A stretch of DNA of 63,914 nt, filler included, from Ministeria vibrans ATCC 50519 (Eukaryota; Protista; Filasterea): NCBI GenBank assembly GCA_943704425.1. It is 11 parts of 11 records of this genome, joined end to end, with 100 filler letters (N's around TTAATTAATTAA, not from the genome) between each part and the next. Parts side by side here need not be neighbours in the genome. Positions count along the whole stretch, not along the records: positions 41,768 to 52,624 come from CALSCP010002346.1; positions 52,725 to 55,128 come from CALSCP010002458.1; positions 55,229 to 58,024 come from CALSCP010001748.1; positions 58,125 to 62,135 come from CALSCP010001366.1; 7 more parts are not named here. One strand, 5' to 3'. The position numbers were made by a program, and so were the translations under genes. The notes beneath the pieces were generated by a model, which was not told where the DNA came from, made no database searches, and saw nothing but the letters and a program-made list of their open reading frames with translations. This document shows, piece after piece, positions 49,057-60,815 of the stretch (the stretch's first letter is position 1; the number at the start of each line of letters is the position of its first letter).

Positions 49057-51658
49057 TCACTCGCGACCAGCAAGGAGCAACAGCGATTGCATCTTCTGCG
49101 GCAAAAGCTCGATGACTTCGCGACAGACCGCGAGTTGCTCGTCGGAGTCATGGTAATCGGGATGCGCATCGCAATACTCGACAATGAATTTGTAGTCGAG
49201 ATACCTATGAGAGAGAGGGAGAGAAAAAAACACAAATGTGCGAGTCTGAGATTTGACCGAAAGAGGTGCGCACATGAAAAAGAGGGACGACCTACGCTTT
49301 GTTGGTCTGTAAGAGCTCCATTCGCTTGTTTGGTGGTCCCAAAAACTTGGTCCAGAGTCGCGCACGACCAAACCGCGCCGAAAGCATTGGCTTGACGTAC
49401 AGTGGCTCGAGATCAGAGGGAAGTTGACCTGTTGCGTCGCAGAGCGAGTCGTAAAATCGACTGTACCACTGTACACTTCGCGAGATACTGGGAAACCAAA
49501 ACAAACAGAACATTAGCATCAAAAAGAGACGAGAGATTGGCAACGCACTAAGTGTTGATTTTGGCAATGGCTGCTTTGGTTTCGCTCTGATCGGACTGCG
49601 TCTGCTCAAGCGCACTCATCTACATCAGCAGTTTCAGCACAGGTCACATCGGCTCCCCCTATCACTTTTCTTTTTCGCCCTATCACTTTGATCTTTTGCC
49701 CTATCACTTTTCTTTTTCGCCCTATCACTTTGATCTTTCGCCCCCTCTCTATCACTTTGTTTCTCCCTCCTTTCTCTCTCTATCACTTCGTTTCTCCCTC
49801 CTTTTTTTCCTCTCTCTCTCCAACTCACTTTGGTTTCCATAAGCGATGAGTAGATTTCGGCACATTCAAAGTAGAGCTGCCGCAGTGTCGCAATGTAGTG
49901 CTGAACACTCAGCTGCTCAATCAAAGGCTCAATCAAGTTTGCCCGTTTCTTCAGGGCTTTTCTATATAGTATACACAAAGAAAAGAGGGTGCATAAGACA
50001 AAGAAAGCGCTTAGACGAATGGGAAAGCACGAATGTGCACATACGCTCGAACGGACAAGTCTGCCTCAAAGGCGGCAAGGAAGTTGAGCAGCTGACTGTA
50101 CGCCTGAACGAGCGCCACGTGCTCGGTCACAAACCCATCGAGTGCATAGTAGTCACTAAAGAGGAGCAATAAGGGCTATGAGAGACAGGTGCTTTGGTTG
50201 GGGAGGTACGACGTGGTACAGAGCAGAGAGTGTGCGTTCTTGGCCCATGTGAAAGAGGGCGCGTGCGTGCTCAGGCGTCTCGGCGACGTGGGCGAGTGCG
50301 AGTGCGCTGGTGTATAATGGGGCGGTGCGCAGCTCGGGAAGACACGTGGAAAAGTCGGGAGCAAGCGCGAGAGTGGCGGGGTCAGGCGGAGAGGGCAGTG
50401 GCGCAGGTACATCGTCAAAAAGACGGTTGCGCGACACGCGTAACAGTGCATTGACAAACACCGCCCAGTTGCGCGCCACTTCGGCACGTCGACACTGAAG
50501 TTCCTTTTAAAGTCAAAATAGAATCCGTCAGCGACGTGAGCGCCAAAACAAAACATATATACCTCAGAATTAGGTGGGTGGGAGTCGAGCGAGGAGAACA
50601 TGGCGTCGGCGGCCTGCAGACAGTGCATAGCCTGGGGCCACGCCTCGTCGCCAAGAAAAAAGTTGCACATGCCCGCCGCGTTGATTGCCCACTGGAGTGG
50701 GTCAAAGGAGGCGCTTGAGCGCGTTTTGAGCTGCCGTAACAGCGTCTCGCCACAGTACTTTGCGCCTTGCGCATTGTCATTGAGCATCATGTGCACTTGT
50801 GCCAGATAGAAAAGTGTCTGGGTGTGGGCAACCTCAAGGGAGTCACTCTCACCGGTATTAGCAAGATGTGACACGAGATGGGAGCCGATAGGATAAGGAG
50901 CGGCCGCAGACTCGTCCACGGTACTCTTGAAGGAGACGTAGCCAGCACGCGCTCGCTCAAACAACTGAAACGCCTTCTCGGCATCAGAGCGTTCGCTCCA
51001 CAGAATGCCCAATTGATTCAGAGTAGCAACCAACGTAGCAACCGACTCACGCGTAAATCCAACGGACTCAATGGCAGCCAGCGCTCGGTTGAGTGTGCGC
51101 TCGCCTTCGCCCAACTACGTGTTTGATTGTCGTACGTGGTTTTCCAGGCGTCCTATCGACCAAAACGTACCTCTTCCGTAACTACATAGTTGGCACCGAG
51201 GAAGTAGTCAAGACCACCGAGAACAAGATTGGCAATGGCTGCAGGAAAGAACATGCAGGGAACAGTCTGAGACGAAAGACGACAAGTGCGTATGTGTGTG
51301 TATATAAATATATATGTGTGTGTGTGTGCTTAGTGTGTGTGTGTGTGCTTAGTGTGTGTGTGCTTAGTGTGTGTGTGTGCTTAGTGTGCTTAGTGTGTGT
51401 GTTTGGTACTCGTCTCATCGTCGGGCGCCTCTTCAGCAATGCTGGACACAGCCGAACGAATCTCGTTGATCACTTCACGTGCGGCATACTTGCTCTTGAA
51501 CGGGGTGCTAGCCGGGTCCTCCGCCTGTGTGTACAAGTGTCAGCTGGAGATGTCTGAAAATTGTGTGTGCAAATGCGTACGCTTGAAAGAGCTAACATTT
51601 TGCGCACTAGAGGCTCACCATCGCCGTTAATGTACGCGAGAATCTTTCCCGTTGACAT
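49057..51658 (-). CDS. KIFBP: KIF-binding protein (KBP), multi-exon
   Basis: PFKSKYAAR, NQLGILWSER, HTQTLFYLAQV, YCGETLLRQL, DPLQWAINAA, KKRANLIEPL, CREVIELLPQK. Confidence 0.92.
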
Positions 51659-51942
51659 TGCGAAAAAAGAAGTAGACAGACAAGACTGTGAATTGTCAAT
51701 TGTGATATGTGAAATGTTTCACACACTTTCTTAATTTATCACAATTTCTTTGATCATTATTCGTCGGTCACCGACTTTGACCTGTATCACTGAGTAGTGA
51801 GTACTCTAAATCACCCATTACTGTGTTTAAATGTCGTGGAGAAAGACGTACACTGTGCGCAGGGTATGAAGTTGTCACATCTGTCAAATTCTCTTCGCTA
51901 CTCTGCTCTTCGTGAGTGGGATCCTTGGATCTCTTCCGCATC

Positions 51943-52512
51943 ATGGTTGAATTGGATGTGTATACACCTCCGTTTCAAGTGGCACGGCAATACGTGCCCA
52001 GATCTGCCTGCGTCGTCTATTCTTGTGACGTAGCCTCTTTTTTAGAACTGCTCGACACTCTCGCTCTGGTCGTGCTGACTCCCCCTTTTGCTTGTAGGGC
52101 ACGGAAGAGGAGGAACACGATGCGGAGGTCCTATCCCTTTCATCTGTGAGCGCTATTGACCGAGTTCTGGATGAGACAAGCGTCAAAAGAGCTCTCGAAC
52201 TTACCGCACACGACCCGATCACCTTAAATGTGGGCGGCAAGCGGTTCGAGACGTATCCTTCGACCTTTCTAGCCTATCCAGACACCCTCGTAAGTGTTAC
52301 GCAGTGGCACGTCTCGACCCTTGTGCGCTTCAGATCTGAACAGTCACTCCTTCTTTGTGTGCTTTCGCCGCCCCTCCGCCTCTCTCTCCCTCTCTCCCTG
52401 TCTCTCTTATTCATTCTCATCGCGCCTCATCTGTTATAGTTGGGCGCCATGTTTTCGGAAAGGAACAGATCAATACTCAAAGCGAATAGCAAAGGTGAAT
52501 TTTTTATTGATA
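51943..52512 (+). CDS. KCTD-type BTB/POZ (T1) domain protein, 5' part
   Basis: ITLNVGGKRFETYPSTFLAYPDTL|LGAMFS..GEFFIDR. Confidence 0.88.
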
Positions 52513-52531
52513 GGTCAGTCACGCAAAACTC

Positions 52532-52605
<74 letters not shown>

Positions 52606-53212
52606 GTAATAATAATAATAATAANNNNNNNNNNNNNNNNNNNNNNNNNNNNNNNNNNNNNNNNNNNNTTAATTAATTAANNNNNNNNNNNNNNNNNNNN
52701 NNNNNNNNNNNNNNNNNNNNNNNNGCTCTGGCACTTTGTCCCATCTACCTGAAGAATTGGCTCAATACTGATACCACTCAGTCTCTTCCTTTCCCTAGCT
52801 TACTCTAACAGGCAGAGACACACACGCACATTCGTTTTTTGTTCAATCACACACACACGGACACTGCAACGCGCTGCTTATTGTTGGCCGTGCTCTAAGG
52901 TCTTTAACAGGCAAGTCTGAAGTCTCGGTGACGAGATTCTCTGTTGAAACTGGGGTGGCGAGAGAAATCCCGCAGCTCCGCCAGTCTCTCGCCCCTCACT
53001 CCCTGACAACAGAGAAATCTCAGGCACCACCTGACCCCGTCTCGCCACTGAAAAGGAACACAAGCCTCCTGTACTTGAATAGATGCATCACTCGAGAGGG
53101 AAGGACGTGACTCGGGGACGAGGGAGAGAGTGATGGTCACAGGGCCGAGTCGTGAGAAAAAACAAGAAAAAAACAAGGGACACACTTGATTTCCCATCGC
53201 TCTCGAAAAAAA

Positions 53213-54602
53213 CTACTCCTCTGTATTCAAACCAACCTCCGTAACAGCATAAGTGTTGGAAAGCACGGGGATATCAGTGGTTGAGTGAAAGCTTGAGCCT
53301 CGACCATGCACCTCGAGCCTAAAGTCTGCGTCATAGCCGTACTCATCCCGCGGCGTCTCCGTCATATGCGCAGTCCAGCATCGCCCTGTCCGCAGAATGT
53401 CCACTGCAGCGCCGAAGAGATGGTTGTCCGTCTCCTCAACGTACCTCTCTTCCACGTACCACGCAAAGTAGTTGATGATCCCCGTGAGAAGGGACGCCAC
53501 ACTCGCATGCTCCGTGACCTGCCACTGCGGCGCGGCCACAAACGCTTCTGTTTCGATGTACCGCCGAGCGAACAGGACGGAACTTGCCGTCCTGAAACAC
53601 AAGGCAAAGCTCGTCTCCGGCGATGTCCATGCGAGAGACGCGCACGCCGGTCATGGAGGGGTAGTGCTGGCGGTTGTGGGGCAGAAACACCGGCGTCGAG
53701 GTCAAAGGTGCGGGACAGACGTCCGAAAAGGTCTCACAGATGCGTCGTGTGAGGTTCTTAGGGCTTTGCGGTAGGGTCTGTGTGCGGATGAAGAGGAGAG
53801 CGATGTCACAGAGAAAGCGTGCAGTGACAGGGAATCGCTGATGTCACAGAGAAAGCGTGCAGTGACAGGGAATCGCTTGTCAATGTCGAGGGGTGCTTCA
53901 GTCGGCTTGCCGTTCAAGCAGTCGTCCCATTCCATGCACTTGTTCAAGGAAACCGAGCCCTCGCTAAGTCTGATGACAAAACGGTCGTCGCCTGACTTCT
54001 TGTCGACAACGGTGTAATCCGTGGGGCTTTCGCGACGAAGATTCAGGTCTTCGTTGCTGACACGCAAATTTGTTGGCCAAACCAAAGAAAGGTCGCAGAA
54101 GGCCTCCTCTGTTGATTGCGGGACCTAGGGAACAAAGGGTGAGCTGATAGTTGGACGAGATGATAATTCGTACGCTTTTCCGGCGGAGAGGGTGAGCAGA
54201 CGAGTGTGTTTGTGTGTTTTCTTCATCTGAGTCGGTCACTTCGTCGCTTTCTTCTTGATCCTTCTCTTCCCGCAACTCCTCTTCCTCGTCCTCTTCTTCG
54301 TCTTCATCCTCGTCTTCTTCCCCGTCCTGATCCTTCGTGGTGTCCATTTTCTCAGCAGGAACAAGCGCCTCGTTGGGTCGAGTGCAATTTTCCGGCGGCA
54401 CCATCCTCCCTTTGTCGTCTTTCGTGAAATGGTGCTCGCTGCAGAGATGCTTGACGAAGTTCCCGGACGTTCGGGGGTGCTTGGTCAACAGGCCAAAGCG
54501 ATCCGTTCGGCTCGAACAAGGCTCCAAGCGACACCGATAATGCTCGTTGCCTCCCTCGGACAGTGTTCCTGTCGGTGTGAAGTATGACAGGGCGATGGAC
54601 AT
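53213..54602 (-). pseudogene. Frameshifted gene with an N-terminal BED-like zinc finger, acidic linker and unknown C-terminal domain
   Basis: YRCRLEPC..TSGNFVKHLCSEH; one probable intron (about 54124-54173); reading frame broken by a 38-bp duplication and a second shift near 53575. Confidence 0.55.
53802..53877 (+). repeat. Perfect 38-bp tandem duplication
   Basis: GATGTCACAGAGAAAGCGTGCAGTGACAGGGAATCGCT twice. Confidence 0.95.
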
Positions 54603-56042
54603 GGGGGGTTGGGGTGGCGTTGGGGTGGCGTTGGGTGGCGAATAAAGTGATCTTGGCCAGGATGAGGTTCAGTCAATGCGAATCTGAGGCGAATCTGAAA
54701 AAAAAAACTCAGACAGACAGACAGAAACCGCTCAATCAGCTCCTACGCGGTTGATTCTATGGAGCTCGTCAGTCCGGTTTGGTATTCGCTTACGTACAAG
54801 TTTCAGAAGTTTTTAATTCACGACAAACAAACCAACAAACAGTGAAACACAATCAAAAGTCCAGATTCGTCGTGTCGATCAATGGCTTGCTCTTAATCGA
54901 CTCAAAATAGCGACGCTGAGCTGGACAGGACCCCACACTCGAGTAATCCTTCAACGACCATGCGTTGAGTTGGTCGCCGTTGGACACGCTCAGCAGTGAT
55001 TGATTGTCCGGTGACGCTGCCTAGGATGAAAGCTTCATTGTATAAGATTTTGAAGTTTGTAAACAACGGACCAGGAAAAAGATAATGGACAGATGGAAGA
55101 CACTGAGGCGCCAAAGAGAGATGGAGATNNNNNNNNNNNNNNNNNNNNNNNNNNNNNNNNNNNNNNNNNNNNTTAATTAATTAANNNNNNNNNNNNNNNN
55201 NNNNNNNNNNNNNNNNNNNNNNNNNNNNGGGACTTTTTTTTTTTCTTTTTTTTTTTTTTTTCTCTGTCCGCTTTTCCGTCCATCCTCGCCATCCACCGCG
55301 TCCACCCGGGTATCCGGGGACTCTGGACGGCGCATGCGCGTCACACGACCCTCCTCTTGTGCGCCGCGTGTGCGTGTGCGTCGTCTGTCATCTTCCGATC
55401 TTATGACCTCTCTCTCTCTCTCTGTTGAGAGAGAGAGAAGGACGAAGTGAAAAAAAGGGGGAAAGAAAGCCTTTTTAAGGCCAATCACGCCCAGCCAGGA
55501 GCGTGTGATCACCGCTATGTCACTCGCTGACTGCATTGTGTTTCATTTGCTTGCTATTTGTACGGTTTTTTTATTCTTATTTGTATTCAATTATAATATA
55601 ACATTTCGTATTGCGGATGTCTCTACTGTCTTACTGAACTCTTGCACTTTGACATCTTCCGTGTTTTCCAACGCTGGAGTTTATGTTTTGTTTTTTTTTG
55701 TTTATGTTTTTGTTCATATTACTTTGTGTTTACAACTTTCCTTTCTCACGTTTTTCCGAATGGAATTTTTTGCTGCCACACTCCGACCATGCGTGTATCA
55801 GCAAGTCTATGGACTTCTCCTCTTGCGACATTCCCACTTCGTTTTTTTTAAAAAACTCTTTTTCCGTTTGTGACTTAATTTACGAACTCATAAACGAACT
55901 CTTTCCTTTCCATATGTTTTTATTTTTAGACTCGCTTTTCTGGTCTGTGTGTGATTCGGTGATGTGATTGTAGTACAAGAAGAAACAAAGAAACAAACAA
56001 TTTAAAGACATTTGGAAAAAAAAGTTCTATAAACTTTTATAT

Positions 56043-57893
56043 TTATTGGGGGTAACGCTCGAGAATCATTCCAAGACCCTGACCGCCGGCGGCACAGGCG
56101 GAGACGAGGGCGTAGCGACCGCCCTCGGCGTGGAGCCGGTTTGCGGCCATGGTAGCCTGGCGGACGCTGGTGGCGCCAAAGGGATGACCAATGCTGAGGG
56201 AACCGCCCCACAGGTTGAACTTGTCCATGTTGATCGAGCCAAACGCGCCCGGCAGGTTGAGGTACTTTTGGCAGAAGTGGGAGGACTCAAGGGCAGCAAC
56301 GTTGGCGAGGATCTGGCCGGCAAAGGCCTCGTGAAACTCAAAGACATCGACGTCGGCGAGGGAGAGGCCGGCGCGCGGAAGCAGCTTGACTGTGGCGTAG
56401 GCAGGTCCAAGCAGCAGCTGGTCCTTGGGGTCCTGGCTCACAAAGACAGACTGGCGCAGGTAGGCCTTGGGCTTAAGGCCCAGAGCGAGCGCCTTCTCCT
56501 CGCTCATAATGAGGCAGGCCGACGCGCCGTCCGTAAGGAACGACGAGTTGGCGGCCGTCACGGTGCCGTGAGGTTTGACAAAGGCGGCCTTGAGACGCGC
56601 CAGCTGAGCCATCGACGACGGACGCACGCCGTTGTCCTTGCTCACCGTGCGCCCCGTCGACGGTACCGTCACCGGCACAATATCGCTCAAGTTGCCCTTG
56701 GCATGTGCATCCGCCGCCATCTGGTGCGACCGCAGCGCATACTCATCCGACGCCTGACGTGACACACCAAACGCAGCGGCAAGACGGTCCGCACTGTGGC
56801 CCATCACCTCGTTGGTGCTAAATTCTGCCACTGCAGGTAGCTCGGGTGCCAAGTCCCGCGGACGCAGGCTCATCAACAGTGCGCCCACTCCAGCCTTGCG
56901 CGACGCCATCATCTTCTTTCGCATACCTCGGTTGAATCGAATGGGGACGTCCGACCTACAAGAAAAAAAATAGAATAACAATTATTATTATTAAAATTAA
57001 TTCTATTATATTCGTATTATTAGTGTAATGAGTCATGGGGATGAAATAGTGTCGCTATATCTTTTCTCGTCGTACATGCTCTCTGTGCCACCTGCGACCA
57101 CCACATCAGCTTGACCCGTCGCAATCATGCCCATGCCCGAGGTCATGGCCTGACCCGACGAAATGCAAGCCATGGTCACTGTGTGCGCCGGAGTGCTCAG
57201 CGAAAAGCCAGCGCCCAGAGCAGCCTAACAGTACAAAATATTAATAATAAAATATTATTATTGATAATAAAATTATTAATAATTATTTATTATTATTATA
57301 ATAATATTATTATAATGAGTCGCATTACAATTCCGGTTTTTCGGGTTCACTCTCACAAATAGGTTCTCTTACCTCGCGCGCCACATTGCTTGTCTTCACC
57401 TCCTGAATCACCGTTCCCGCCACAATGTAATCGACAATGTCCTTGTCAATACCAGTACTAATATAATGATAATAATGATTAATAGTATCCTAATTCATCA
57501 TCATCAGGAGAGACGTCCACTCTCCCGATTGACCTTCATCCACACCCTTACCGTTTGAGAAGTCCTTCAAATGCAAGACGCTGCATGTCGTGGGGCCACA
57601 AGTCCCGGTATTCAGAGCCGGCAGTCTACAAAAAGTGGCAAAGATGAGAAGGAGCGTAATCCACTGGACTCAGTCCATTTGTCAACTAACGCAAAAGGGA
57701 ATGCGAACACCATCGACAAGCACAATGTTGCGTGCGCCACTGGCGGACTTGCTGGCATGCACGGCAGCGGCCGCAACAGGCGCCGCCGTGGACGGCTTGG
57801 TTGCGGCTGCGGGCGAGGAGGAGGAGGAGGACGACGACGACGCCTTAGTCGCTGTGCCGGACGCCTTGTTGGCCGCACGCGTCGCGCGTGTCG
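56043..57893 (-). CDS. HADHB: Mitochondrial trifunctional enzyme beta subunit (3-ketoacyl-CoA thiolase), multi-exon; start unresolved
   Basis: [74 protein letters not shown]. Confidence 0.95.
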
Positions 57894-59181
57894 CTAGATA
57901 GCATCAAATCGGTGAGACAGTGAGCATTGGAGTCGCGACAAAAGCGATACACGAAGGAAAGGGCGTCGTTACAACGAGAGAGTTTGGAAAAGACAAAAAA
58001 AAAAAAAAAAAAAAAAAAAAAAATNNNNNNNNNNNNNNNNNNNNNNNNNNNNNNNNNNNNNNNNNNNNTTAATTAATTAANNNNNNNNNNNNNNNNNNNN
58101 NNNNNNNNNNNNNNNNNNNNNNNNATTATATAAATTAGAAATGGCGTATTATTATATGATGCACCGGGGACTGCCGTGTACAGGGCCCACCTGTGCCTCC
58201 GTACATTCTTCTCATGGGTGTATCAGTGGGTCTATGGGCTTCTTTCGGGATATTCTCGTCTTGAAGTCTACGGCGTAAGTATTGTGCTGCTATAGTTTTG
58301 TTTTGAGATTGAGTACAGCTCGATTCTGTATTTATTTTCTCTTATTTTAATAATTATAATATTATTATGAATTTATGACTTATGAGGCTTAAAGCTATGA
58401 TATTAATGATGATAATTAGATTATAATTTATATTGAGTATTGACCTATCTTTTGGGGGTTGTTCTGTGGCGAAAGTGTCGTATAATTAGTATCCTTTTTC
58501 TTTCTTAAATTTGCTTTCTCACTTTGATCTTTGCTTTTTAAACTAAATCAAACTTTATTGATTATTCATTATTCAATAATTTTGGTATATTCAGTGTGTA
58601 AGACAAGATCCTTTAATGTGTATACATTCTGCAATGTGTGTTGTTGACTGTGACCTGCGAAAGAGCGGCATTGGTCGTGTTTGTCAACCCCTAGCTTGAG
58701 GATTCGAATTTTTTTTCTCCGTTTCATTTTTTAAAAATCTCAGCTTCCATGTGCATCGCACGCTGCAAATCGTGCACAATACGATCCAAAACACACATGT
58801 ACACCGTTCCGTGGCCTTATTGCCGCCGTTTATTGCGCTGCTGTGGTTGTGTGGATTCAAATTCAGCTGAGCCTTTTTTTCTTGCCATGCAAAAACGCCA
58901 TTTTTGAATTTTCATAGCCAATGGCGACTCTTCTTCGACACAGTCACTAACTATATGCTATTATCTGTAGTGTAGATACAATTTTATCCGACGAAGGGAG
59001 ATGGCATCGCGAAGAGAGCAGATGGTAAGAAATCAAATTTCGTTAGACTCGTTTTCCAGCGCATTGTGCAATGCTCGCGGGGCACATGGCGCCCTCAATG
59101 TCTTCAATACGCTCTTTGGAAGGGATTTCGATGGCGCGATTGCCATCACGCGGGCCAATAAGTCGCAGCTTTACTTTGGAT

Positions 59182-59197
59182 TTTGAATTTCGCGCGA
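59182..59197 (-). promoter_or_regulatory. CDE/E2F-N4-CHR element upstream of cyclin B
   Basis: Minus strand TCGCGC-GAAA-TTCAAA (plus TTTGAATTTCGCGCGA); further CHR hexamers at 59341 and 59375. Confidence 0.5.
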
Positions 59198-59759
59198 TTG
59201 CCGACTCGTCCCAGCCCCGTTGCTTAGACCGGGAGCTGCATTGTGCCTCTGGCGCCACAGCAACAAAACGCATTTGTCCTACTATATGGTTACAAAACCG
59301 GCGTGTTTTGCGTCCATCCATTTGCTCGTTGAGTCTTTTTTTTGAAATCTCCTTTTTTTCTGTCTCACTCCTTTTTCAAAATTTCGTGTTGTGCCAAACA
59401 GCGCAAAAACAACAAAATCTCTGGACGCATTTACAATTTCGTGCGTTTCACTCGGGTGTGTAACTATCTACTTTGCGCTTCCCCCTTGCGTTGTGGCAGA
59501 AAATCGCGACACGTTTATTATTTTTCCATCTGACAAGAATGAGACGAAATCGAAGCGCAAAAAATATCATTATTATGATATTATTATAATATTATTATAA
59601 TAATATTGTTATTATTATTATTATTACTATTATTATTTGCCATGAAAGTTTTGCGAGTTATTATTTTAAATGCTATGCCAACGTATATAATAGAAGATGG
59701 AGATGGAGGGTTGTTGTGTGCGTGCAAAGTTGTCTGACTTTGTGTGTGTTTGTCCTTAG

Positions 59760-60449
59760 GAGACGGCAATTGCGTCGAGTGAGAACGCAGTGACGCACAA
59801 CACTGTAAAGACAGTTGATACGGCAAGCGGAGTCACAACGCGGGGAAAACGCGCGGCTCTGGAAGACATTGGAAATGTTCAACCGGCGAAAAAACGCGGA
59901 AGGATTGACGCAAAGGAATCAACAAAGCCAAACATCCTGCGGTCGATTGCGACGGCAAAGCGGAAGCGTACAGACAAGCCTGCTGTTGAGGTACGGCAGA
60001 GAAGAATTTAAACTCTTTTGCAAGGAATTCATATTAATTGTGTGCGAGTGTGTCTCTGTGTGTGTAAATCACTGTGTAAATCACTTGTGTTGATTAAGAT
60101 TCTCTTTGATGCGCAGGAGACAAGAGGACTTTTGGAAGAGTCAATGGAGAGCAAAGAAGAAGAGCCATTAGAGAAGCAAGAGGTAGCAAAGGAGAAAAGT
60201 GTGCCGGAGGAAACAATGGTGGTACAAGTGAGCAAGGAAGAAGACGACAAAGACTCAGAGCAGACGGAGACGAGAAGAGAAAGTCCGGCAGAGGAGATTG
60301 TGGAGGAGACAATTGACTGTGGTGAGGGACTAGGCGAGCCCTTTGACCTTGCTGTGGGTGTGATGGACATTGATGAGATGGACCGTGGGAACCCGCAGAT
60401 GGTGGCTGAGTACGCGTCGGAGATTTACAAGTATCTCGATGAACTGCAG
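59760..60449 (+). CDS. CCNB: Cyclin B, N-terminal part (first exon unresolved; truncated before the cyclin box)
   Basis: D-box RAALEDIGN; VMDIDEMDRGNPQMVAEYASEIYKYLDELQ followed by a GT donor. Confidence 0.85.
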
Positions 60450-60622
60450 GTAAAAACGGTGTGCGTCTGTGCGAGTGTGTCTGTGCGAGCGTGTTTCTGA
60501 GTGTATTTGCGACTGTGTGTGTGGGTGTGTGTGTGTGTGTGAGGGAGTGTGTGTGTGTGAGGGAGAGGGAGAGAGAGGGAAAAGCCGTTCTTGGGCTGTG
60601 GTGTGGTAAGGAAACGGGTGTA

Positions 60623-60755
60623 CCAAATTGACGATGGAGTTGGCCACGTCTGCGTCGGAATTGGGCCATTTCAGACTGGCAGAGGGAGCTGCAGCAAATA
60701 CACCACCACTTATCATGACCACAGCCAATGCGATTATAACAGGACACCGAGACAT
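60623..60755 (-). CDS. First exon of an unidentified secreted protein
   Basis: Signal-peptide-like MSRCPVIIALAVVMISGGVFAA, then a GTACAC donor. Confidence 0.5.
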
Positions 60756-60815
60756 TTTCAAAACAAAACTATTACTTTAAAAATTGATCGTTTGTTGTGT
60801 ATATACAAATTGTCT

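Noticed and set aside
49655-49760. CCCTATCAC resembles a tet operator half-site
   Set aside because: No palindromic operator; it is a variant of the CT-rich minisatellite
51525-51580. Apparent in-frame TGA in KIFBP suggesting recoding or selenocysteine
   Set aside because: It lies inside a canonical GT-AG intron as part of the CTGAC branch site
55300-55325. AGTCCCCGG on the minus strand resembles RNase MRP CR-I
   Set aside because: It is paired within a local hairpin and no complementary CR-V element is visible
55398-55448. Hammerhead ribozyme-like CTTATGA-stem-GAAG
   Set aside because: Core deviates from CUGANGA/GAAA and stems I and III are not evident
58140-59161. Possible multi-exon plus-strand gene upstream of cyclin B
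   Set aside because: Splice-like signals are present but no consistent frame or recognisable product could be built
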